Assembly: GCA_002429485.1 (NCBI GenBank)
Contig: DIZX01000012.1
Span: forward strand, 1,440 to 50,718
Direction of reading: 5' to 3'
Length of the DNA: 49,279 bases
DNA from: Patescibacteria group bacterium UBA6017
GTDB taxonomy: Bacteria; Patescibacteriota; Saccharimonadia; UBA4664
Within the stretch, counting starts at the first letter, position 1; every line of letters starts with the position of its first letter. Made by a program: the position numbers and the translations under genes. The notes beneath the pieces were generated by a model. It was not told the origin of the DNA. It ran no database searches and saw only the letters and a program-made list of their open reading frames with translations. Positions 43,636-49,279 of the stretch are shown here, piece by piece.

Positions 43636-44115
43636 CTATAGAAAATCACTTATCCGAAGAAAGGCTACCATCTCACTCGCAAGTTGTGCTGATTCTAATC
43701 TTCTCATAACCTCGTAGCTTGAGCTCTGGGACAAGATGTTGAGACTACCCTCATATAGAATTTAGCCATCAATAATCGCTAGCTTTCTATGATGGTTACC
43801 CGTGAATAGCACTACGGCTCCAAGCTCTTGAATTAAACCAATTGCGGTAGCGGCTTCAGCCGCCATCCGCCAATCGTGCTCCTTCGGATCTCGTGTATTG
43901 ATTACTATACGAACCCCTCTTTTGGTAAGCCTACGAAATGAGGGGTAAAGCGCATTCATGCGCTTATGGGTTATAAAAGGGCTCTCAATAATTAATTCTC
44001 GCTTACACTTTGCTAAGTCATTCATGAACGCTGGGTAAAATGACCGTTCGTCATATAATTTAGATGTGAGTAGGGGAGTCGGGTCAGGTCGTTTGAAGAG
44101 CTTCTTGAAGATCAT
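43636..44115 (-). pseudogene. HKD/PLD-family nuclease paralog with in-frame TAA inside the HKD motif
   Basis: Same 480-nt length as 40887-41366 and closely similar throughout. Codon 118 (43762-43764) is TAA where copy 1 has TCT (Ser). The frame continues ILYEGSLNILSQSSSYEVMRRLESAQLASEM... to a TAG at 43636. Confidence 0.8.
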
Positions 44116-44261
44116 AAGTTCTGATCCTCATCTTCAAACAGCGCCCGGATTTCGTTTGGATCACACTTAATCTCATCGTCAAAAGTTTGATTCTCGTCCT
44201 GCCACCCCTGCCAGCACTTATTTGAGGCTCTGTAGAGCCTTTTTTGATATACTGATAACAT
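44112..44261 (-). CDS. small WQGWQ-motif ORF, copy 2
   Basis: MLSVYQKRLYRASNKCWQGWQDENQTFDDEIKCDPNEIRALFEDEDQNL*. GGAG lies 9 nt before ATG 44261; ATG 44276 is an alternative. Its stop overlaps the ATG of the HKD pseudogene. Confidence 0.5.
   Translation of the reverse strand: MLSVYQKRLYRASNKCWQGWQDENQTFDDEIKCDPNEIRALFEDEDQNL
44173..44214 (+). repeat. core, copy 2 (closest to tRNA-Trp)
   Basis: TCATCGTCAAAAGTTTGATTCTCGTCCTGCCACCCCTGCCAG. Positions 44191-44214 are 22/24 identical to tRNA-Trp 28276-28299, with a 19-nt exact run at 44196-44214. Confidence 0.95.
44225..44245 (+). terminator. plus-strand intrinsic-terminator-like hairpin 10 nt after core 2
   Basis: AGGCTC-tgta-GAGCCT followed by TTTTT. 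Confidence 0.5.
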
Positions 44262-44315
44262 AGATTCTTTCTCCATGAGTAGATTTCCTATACGTAACTG
44301 GGTAAACTTAGAGCA

Positions 44316-44723
44316 ATGAACAAACCAATCTCTGAGCTTGTCGGTACACAAATCGCCGATATTATATGCGACGAACCATCTAAAAATTGGCTCTTTAAAT
44401 TTGATTCAGGGAGCGAATTTAGAATCGAATCGCTTTGGCGAATTTCAAACGACAAAGAAGTGTTACTTACTGACACAGATCATGAACAGAAATTTGGTCT
44501 TCCAGCACCCGTCAATGCGATGGTCGAGGCCAAACAATTGCTCGGTGGCAAAATCACGAAAGCTTTACTAACGCCCGTTGGTGACGTACACCTAACGTTC
44601 AGTAACGGGAACTGTCTTGAGATCCTCATTTGGTCGGCAGGCTATGAGTCATGGACATTGAATGCTGGCAAAATATTGATAGTTGCTCAAGGTGGTGGGA
44701 CTATAACTCAATTTGGCGAATAG
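44316..44723 (+). CDS. hypothetical protein (135 aa)
   Basis: Clean ORF with a beta-rich looking sequence. No family recognised. It is convergent with small ORF copy 3. Confidence 0.55.
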   Translation: MNKPISELVGTQIADIICDEPSKNWLFKFDSGSEFRIESLWRISNDKEVLLTDTDHEQKFGLPAPVNAMVEAKQLLGGKITKALLTPVGDVHLTFSNGNCLEILIWSAGYESWTLNAGKILIVAQGGGTITQFGE

Positions 44724-44754
44724 GGTCGTTTTAGGTAAGAGCGTATATAACAAA

Positions 44755-44901
44755 CTAATCTCTCTCCTCATCTAGAACTAATTTAATTTCCTCAACGTCA
44801 AAATCAAACTCATCGTCAAATGTTTGATTCCCGGACTGCAGCCCCTGCCAGCACTTATTTAAGGCTCTACGGAGCTTTTTTCGTATCTTAGTATTAGTCA
44901 A
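44755..44901 (-). CDS. small WQGWQ-motif ORF, copy 3 (degenerate, no downstream partner)
   Basis: Manual translation from TTG 44901: (M)TNTKIRKKLRRALNKCWQGLQSGNQTFDDEFDFDVEEIKLVLDEERD*. W to L change in the motif, no RBS and no cargo gene, so it may be a relic. Confidence 0.3.
   Translation of the reverse strand: MTNTKIRKKLRRALNKCWQGLQSGNQTFDDEFDFDVEEIKLVLDEERD
44810..44851 (+). repeat. core, copy 3 (3 mismatches)
   Basis: TCATCGTCAAATGTTTGATTCCCGGACTGCAGCCCCTGCCAG. It shares about 30 further nt of right flank (GCACTTATTT.AGGCTCT..GAGC.TTTTT) with copy 2. Confidence 0.9.
44862..44881 (+). terminator. weak plus-strand terminator-like hairpin after core 3
   Basis: GCTC-tacg-GAGC plus TTTTTT. 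It is homologous to the hairpin after core 2. Confidence 0.35.
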
Positions 44902-44910
44902 CTTGATACG

Positions 44911-45504
44911 TTGTCAAAATTAGAGCGTGTCTTGCCAAATGAGGCATATCCTGGTAATATAGGTCAATTCGTTCAAAGAATGCGTTTATCGGTGCGCCTC
45001 ACCGATCGGACCCAAGGAGTGGCTATGCAGATCAGCGTAGATACACAAGGTATTGAAGACTTCCTCGCGAAGAACGGGGACACCAACCGCGACGATTATG
45101 ACTACCGGACGCCAATGACGGTCGTCACGCCGGCGCATGTCTTCGCTCGCAAGCTCGTACAGGCTGCTACTACCGCCATCACCCAGCTCGGAGCGCTGAG
45201 CGTCTATATCGAGTCAGTTGAGCTCTTCTTCGCGCCGGAGCACCTCCGGAAATCGTTCAGCCCACGTTTCAAGCTCACCGTCACGATCCCTCGCACGACC
45301 CAGACTCTGACGGTCTTCGGTCCCAGCACCTCGAAGTGCTATGCCCTGCCCTATGCCTCGGATCCCTTCCCGGGTCTCGATTTCATCCAGGTGATGGTCG
45401 GGGACGTCCGCCGGGAGCTTCATCGCGAAATCGAGATGCTTCGCGCCAACCTCGACCTGCTCGATGAGCCGCTTGCCTCTCCCAAGCAAGACATCGCCGT
45501 CTAG
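44911..45504 (+). CDS. hypothetical protein (197 aa), visibly more GC-rich than its surroundings
   Basis: TTG start. No recognisable domain. A GC-rich hairpin (CCCCGAC-tcctt-GTCGGGG) follows downstream. Confidence 0.5.
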   Translation: MSKLERVLPNEAYPGNIGQFVQRMRLSVRLTDRTQGVAMQISVDTQGIEDFLAKNGDTNRDDYDYRTPMTVVTPAHVFARKLVQAATTAITQLGALSVYIESVELFFAPEHLRKSFSPRFKLTVTIPRTTQTLTVFGPSTSKCYALPYASDPFPGLDFIQVMVGDVRRELHREIEMLRANLDLLDEPLASPKQDIAV

Positions 45505-45655
45505 TAACCACAGCGGCGCCGCCCAACTCACCCAACCCCGCCCCTGACGAGAGTCCCCGACTCCTTGTCGGGGGCGATCGTCTTCCCTGGGGTAGGACAT
45601 ATACGACAATCATCTCTTAGGTTCGATACGCTCTACCAAACAAAACCAAACTCAG

Positions 45656-46288
45656 TTATTCAACCGCATCAATAATCTCAAAGTCATTATCGTTGAATAT
45701 AACGGCCTGAGAGTCTTTTAGCTTAATCAGCTTGTCTTGATCGGCCCGCGCTTCTACAGCCACCATTACTTCGTTAAATTCCGCGTTGTCGACGTGCGGT
45801 ATGATCGTGTAGGGCGCGAGTTTCAGTCCCTCTTCGATCACCTCCTCGGCAAATTCGGGCTCGTCCGCCGCTTCTAAGTTAATCCCGCCAAGCGATGCTC
45901 CCGCCACCAATGCGCCGGCGCTATCACCGCCGTACACAATACCGTTTTTCAACAACTCCTGGATAATGGATTCGAACCCGCTTCTACGCATTTCGTATCT
46001 GAGCATGAAGGTATTACCGCCCCCCGCCCAAATAAGGTCGTATCGTGAGAGAGTTTGTTTGAGGGAGGCAGAGTCATCGAACTCTCTCAGATCTACTACC
46101 GTAACCTTCATGCCAAGTGACTCAAAGAGGGCAACGCGTTTGTCGATGATAAAATTTCGCGCGCGATCGGAGTAGTAGTCTTTGGCATTCGGAACAAGCG
46201 CAACGGAAACATCTGCCAAAGGCTTGCCGATGAGTTCGGCAAGGTCATCGGGAGTTGGGATGTCAATCGATGATAGATATAGTTTCAT
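45656..46288 (-). CDS. peptidase S51 family (dipeptidase E-like)
   Basis: I moved the start to ATG 46288 (MKLYLSS...). ...DLIWAGGGNTFMLRYEMR...GIVYGGDSAGALVAG (nucleophile Ser in G-D-S-A-G) and a later ...IIPHVDN His. Confidence 0.8.
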   Translation of the reverse strand: MKLYLSSIDIPTPDDLAELIGKPLADVSVALVPNAKDYYSDRARNFIIDKRVALFESLGMKVTVVDLREFDDSASLKQTLSRYDLIWAGGGNTFMLRYEMRRSGFESIIQELLKNGIVYGGDSAGALVAGASLGGINLEAADEPEFAEEVIEEGLKLAPYTIIPHVDNAEFNEVMVAVEARADQDKLIKLKDSQAVIFNDNDFEIIDAVE

Positions 46289-46290
46289 AA

Positions 46291-46458
46291 TTACCACTTT
46301 ACCCTGTAATCGTCACGATGTTCTAGTACTTCCCTAACATCTTCCACTTCAAAATCCCAATTATCATCGTCAAAAGTTTGATTCCCGGACTGCCACCCCT
46401 GCCATGAAATCATCCGTTTGTCAAGTCGCGTCTTCGGGCGCGATTTTGTTGTGTTCAC
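46291..46458 (-). CDS. small WQGWQ-motif ORF, copy 4
   Basis: Manual translation from GTG 46458 (AAGGAG 5 nt upstream): (M)NTTKSRPKTRLDKRMISWQGWQSGNQTFDDDNWDFEVEDVREVLEHRDDYRVKW*. The stop is 2 nt before the S51 peptidase ATG. It is below the ORF-track cutoff. Confidence 0.5.
   Translation of the reverse strand: MNTTKSRPKTRLDKRMISWQGWQSGNQTFDDDNWDFEVEDVREVLEHRDDYRVKW
46364..46405 (+). repeat. 42-bp core, copy 4
   Basis: Identical to 41424-41465 over exactly 42 nt, with unrelated sequence on both sides. Confidence 0.95.
46426..46450 (+). terminator. plus-strand intrinsic-terminator-like hairpin 21 nt after core 4
   Basis: TCGCGTC-ttcg-GGCGCGA (7 bp including one G-U pair, TTCG tetraloop) followed by TTTTgTT. 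Confidence 0.5.
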
Positions 46459-46546
46459 GAGAACTCCTTATCTGTTAGAGAGTTAAAGCCCTGGCTTAAT
46501 CCAGGCATTTTGTTATTTTCGCCGTTCTCTAGGCTATACTTTCACT

Positions 46547-47386
46547 ATGTGGTTCATCTTCTCTGCGCTTGCCGGGCTGCTCTACACTGGCGAAAGTTTG
46601 CTCCAGCGCCACTTTCTTCGCAATCAAAAGGATGCCTGGGCATTCTCATTTTTCTATAGCCTTGTCGGTACAATAGTCAGCTTCCCATTTATGCTTGCAT
46701 CGCCCGTTGTACCACACTCAGTCGGTCCGTGGCTGGGCGCGCTTCTTGTGGGCTTGCTGATAGTCGGCAATAACCTTTTACTTTTCAAAGCCGCCAACCA
46801 TATCGAAGCTTCCGTAATCGGCACGCTATTTAAATTGAAGTTCGTCTGGATATTTGCCCTAAGCATTGTGCTGCTTGGTAACACATTTGAGTGGACGAAG
46901 CTCGGAGGCGTAGTGCTTACTATTGCTGCTGGGCTCGTCATTATGCACCGGTTTAGGCGGCCCAGGGACAATTCTGGTGTCTCTCTCGTGCTAATAGCTA
47001 CTGTGCTGAATGCCCTGATAATCATAGCTTCGAAGTATTTACTGAGTTACTTCAACGCTCCGAGCCTAACATTCTTTGCGTCCTTTTTGCCTGCCCTGTT
47101 ACTAAATTTCATTCTTATGCCCAATGCTGCGTCGCGCATAAGGAGAATGTTTACCGCGGACTGGAAAGTAGTTTTTGGAATATGCGCCGTCGGGGCAGGA
47201 GCCAACTTACTGCTCAATAAAGCATTATCCCTTCATGACGCAACAAGTGTCATTATCATTAGTGAGGTTTTCCTAGTACTCGTTCTTGCCGGAGAGCATA
47301 TCGTTTTGAAGGAGAAAGAGCGGCTCTGGCTTAAACTTGGCAGCATCGCGCTAGCGATAGCTGGCGCCATATTGATGCAAATTTAA
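46547..47386 (+). CDS. EamA/DMT-family transporter
   Basis: 279 aa with about 10 TM segments arranged as two EamA-like halves. Confidence 0.7.
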   Translation: MWFIFSALAGLLYTGESLLQRHFLRNQKDAWAFSFFYSLVGTIVSFPFMLASPVVPHSVGPWLGALLVGLLIVGNNLLLFKAANHIEASVIGTLFKLKFVWIFALSIVLLGNTFEWTKLGGVVLTIAAGLVIMHRFRRPRDNSGVSLVLIATVLNALIIIASKYLLSYFNAPSLTFFASFLPALLLNFILMPNAASRIRRMFTADWKVVFGICAVGAGANLLLNKALSLHDATSVIIISEVFLVLVLAGEHIVLKEKERLWLKLGSIALAIAGAILMQI

Positions 47387-47475
47387 TCATCGACGACCGT
47401 TTGTTTGCAAGTGGGAGTTGGCCTGGTTTTTTCAAAGAAAAACAGGTTTTGCCTTTGTGTCTGTATAATTGAGCC

Positions 47476-48849
47476 ATGAAGATTACCTCTACCAACCCAT
47501 CCCGGAACTATGAACTCATCGGCGAAATCGAAGTAACGACAGATCAAGACATAAGCGAAGCCGTTACAAGAGCCCGCGCAGTGCAGCCTGCTTGGGCATC
47601 ACTTAGTCAACCCGAGCGAAATGCAGCCGTTGAATCCTTCATCGAGGCATGCAAACCACGTGCCGAAGAAATTGCTATAGCTATGGCCAAAGAAATGGGC
47701 AAGCCGATCTTCCAAGCTCGTGCTCAGATCGCGGAGAGCTTCAACTACTTCCATGCGTATATGGAAATGGCCGAAAAAGCCTTAGCCCCCAAGGTCGTGT
47801 TTGAAAATGATACCGAGGTTCACACCGAAACGCGCGAACCACTCGGTGTTATCGTCTGTATTACTCCCTGGAATTTCCCTTTCCTAAACATCCCATGGCA
47901 GGCAGGTCAATCACTGCTCGCTGGCAATGCCGTGCTATATAAGCCATCGGAAGAAATCATCGTGTTTGCCAGACTCATACAGGAGCTGGTTGCTGCGTCC
48001 AAACTACCCAAAGACATATTCACGGTCATCCTAGGTGACGGTCAGGTTGGAGAGTATCTAGTCCAGCAGCCAGTTGATGCTATTCTCTTCACTGGCAGTA
48101 CGCGCACCGGTCAGCGGATCACAGAGTTAGCCGCAAAAACTTCCACTCGCGTGTTAACGGAAATGGGCGGATCTTCTGCCGGTATCATCTTCGAAGACGC
48201 CGATGTCCCAGCAATAATCAGTACAGTGTATGATATGCGCTTTGATAACACTGGTCAGTACTGCGATGGGCTCAAGAGGCTTTTGGTACACGAAAGCAAA
48301 CTCGAAGAAGTCCTAGCAGCGCTCAGGCAAGTCAATGCAACGAAAAAAGTCGGTGATGCACTAGATGAAGCAACCAACATAGGCCCGCTGGTAGCCAAGC
48401 GCCAACTCGACCTTCTCAAAGCCCAGGTGCAAGATGCGCTCGATAACGGCGCGAAAATTGTATTCGGTGGTAATGAGCCAGAGGGTCTACAAGGTGCATA
48501 CTTTGAGCCCACGGTACTTACTGACATCACATTTGAAATGCGCGTGTGGAAAGAAGAAGTGTTTGGCCCTGTACTACCGGTTGTGACATTCAAAACTGAT
48601 GAAGAGGCCATCCAACTTGCGAATGACACAGTTTATGGCTTGTGCGATTTTGTCTTCACAACAGATAAAGAGCGTTACCGCCGCGTTGCCCATCAGCTTA
48701 AAGCGGGATTAGTCGCCCACAATAATGCGCTGTTCTATAGCCCGCATACCCCGTTTGGTGGCTACAAGAAGTCTGGCAATAGCCGAACTAATGGCATCGA
48801 GGGCTTTCACGAGGTTACCCAGATCAAAATGATAAGCGAGGAGAAGTAA
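47476..48849 (+). CDS. NAD(P)+-dependent aldehyde dehydrogenase
   Basis: 457 aa. ITPWNFPF, FTGSTRTG, catalytic Glu in LTEMGGSSAGIIF, catalytic Cys in NTGQYCDGLKRLLV, and EEVFGPVLPV. Confidence 0.9.
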   Translation: MKITSTNPSRNYELIGEIEVTTDQDISEAVTRARAVQPAWASLSQPERNAAVESFIEACKPRAEEIAIAMAKEMGKPIFQARAQIAESFNYFHAYMEMAEKALAPKVVFENDTEVHTETREPLGVIVCITPWNFPFLNIPWQAGQSLLAGNAVLYKPSEEIIVFARLIQELVAASKLPKDIFTVILGDGQVGEYLVQQPVDAILFTGSTRTGQRITELAAKTSTRVLTEMGGSSAGIIFEDADVPAIISTVYDMRFDNTGQYCDGLKRLLVHESKLEEVLAALRQVNATKKVGDALDEATNIGPLVAKRQLDLLKAQVQDALDNGAKIVFGGNEPEGLQGAYFEPTVLTDITFEMRVWKEEVFGPVLPVVTFKTDEEAIQLANDTVYGLCDFVFTTDKERYRRVAHQLKAGLVAHNNALFYSPHTPFGGYKKSGNSRTNGIEGFHEVTQIKMISEEK

Positions 48850-49279
48850 TGAACCTAATAGACAAAACAGCCCTAATCACCGGTGCAAGCGACGGAATCG
48901 GCAAAAGCATCGCTCTCCAGCTTGCAAAACAAAAAGCCAGCCTGATACTATTCGGCCGCGACGAAACCAAACTTGGCGACGTAGCACGCCAGTGCGAAGA
49001 CGAGGGTGCGAAAGTTAGTACCTATGCTTTTGATATCACAGATAGCACTAAACTCGATCAGGTAGTTAATGAGGTCTTACAAACGCATTCTGTGGATGCA
49101 CTTATAAACTGTGCTGGTATCTGGCATAAAGTTGGTGATCTTACTACCATTACACCCGAAAAGGTCCAGGAGGTGATCAGTACAAATCTTACAGCGCATA
49201 TATTGCTAACTCAAAGCTTGTTACCGAGCATGCGCGAACGTGAGACGGCTATTATAAATATTATCTCCAAATCAGGAAT
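48849..49279 (+). CDS. short-chain dehydrogenase/reductase (partial, runs off the right edge)
   Basis: MNLIDKTALITGASDGIGKSIA (TGxxxGxG) ...NCAGI... TAATG overlap with the aldehyde dehydrogenase stop. Confidence 0.85.
   Translation, partial: MNLIDKTALITGASDGIGKSIALQLAKQKASLILFGRDETKLGDVARQCEDEGAKVSTYAFDITDSTKLDQVVNEVLQTHSVDALINCAGIWHKVGDLTTITPEKVQEVISTNLTAHILLTQSLLPSMRERETAIINIISKSG

Larger units (their letters stand above)
28299..46405 (+). mobile_element. putative composite accessory block downstream of tRNA-Trp, subdivided by tRNA-Trp 3'-end-derived direct repeats
   Basis: Direct repeats of the tRNA-Trp 3' end at 28392, 41450, 44191, 44836 and 46390. AT-rich mosaic content at the distal end. 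No integrase gene is recognisable, so mobility is an inference only. Confidence 0.4.

Noticed and set aside
44196-44214. In the cargo (minus) orientation the RNA would carry UGGCAGGGGUGGCAGGAC. That is an 18-nt perfect complement to the 3' end of tRNA-Trp, the format of a retroviral or LTR-element primer-binding site.
   Set aside because: No reverse transcriptase, LTR-like repeats or any retroelement gene is present in the window. The same identity is explained more simply as a tRNA-derived att core. I keep it only as a curiosity to revisit if an RT is found nearby in the genome.
41424-46405. The four evenly oriented repeats as a CRISPR array.
   Set aside because: The copies are 0.6-2.8 kb apart and separated by full genes. 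They lie inside ORFs, and there are no short uniform spacers and no cas genes.
41363-46458. The small ORFs as Trp-codon attenuator leaders or T-box-like tRNA sensors.
   Set aside because: In the cargo orientation no terminator/antiterminator pair follows the Trp codons; the hairpin plus T-run structures face the other strand. The downstream genes are not tryptophan-related. T-box elements pair with only about 4 nt of the acceptor end.

Overview
The window looks like a small-genome Patescibacteria/CPR bacterium, probably Saccharibacteria-like. That placement is an inference from three things: L30 is absent, the genes are short and translationally coupled, and some ribosomal proteins carry Ala/Lys/Pro tails. 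The standard code is in use, since TGA ends many conserved genes.

Positions 1-28.3 kb are mostly core genome. rpsJ stands alone with its own promoter and a bidirectional terminator. A 5.9 kb insert of repair and housekeeping genes follows (pyrimidine-dimer glycosylase, NUDIX, RNase HI, RarA, small membrane proteins). Next comes an uninterrupted rplC-to-rpsI ribosomal/secY/infA/rpoA block with no rpmD, adk or map. After that are a P-loop protein, two tandem WhiB-like regulators, an RCK K+ channel, rluD, holB, a TPR protein, tRNA-Thr/Tyr/Thr, a PspC protein, rpmG and tRNA-Trp.

From tRNA-Trp (28.3 kb) to about 46.4 kb the content is accessory.
- A translationally coupled 4-gene operon: a 790-aa acidic disordered protein, a compact Clp/Hsp100-like double AAA+ protein with a degenerate first ATPase module, a 139-aa acidic protein, and a soluble HerA/TraD-like FtsK-superfamily ATPase.
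- A truncated, stand-alone hemA.
- An FMN-binding protein, ApbE and an NqrB/RnfD-FNR fusion.
- A secreted protein plus a pilin-like protein.
- A 5.6 kb AT-rich mosaic (40.9-46.5 kb).

In that mosaic a 42-bp core recurs four times in direct orientation and once truncated and inverted. The core contains the last 15-24 nt of the tRNA-Trp gene. It sits inside small WQGWQSGNQTFDD ORFs that are coupled to unrelated downstream genes: two short HKD/PLD nucleases (one carrying an in-frame stop), an S51 peptidase, and a GT-C/TPR glycosyltransferase. Left and right flanks are reassorted around the core. A decayed copy of the tRNA-Trp 3' end lies 94 nt after the tRNA. No canonical integrase is visible in this block.

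My two best candidates for something undescribed are the tRNA-Trp-derived core/cassette system and the 4-gene ATPase operon. The window ends with an EamA transporter, an aldehyde dehydrogenase and a partial SDR. I saw no rRNA genes and no CRISPR array.
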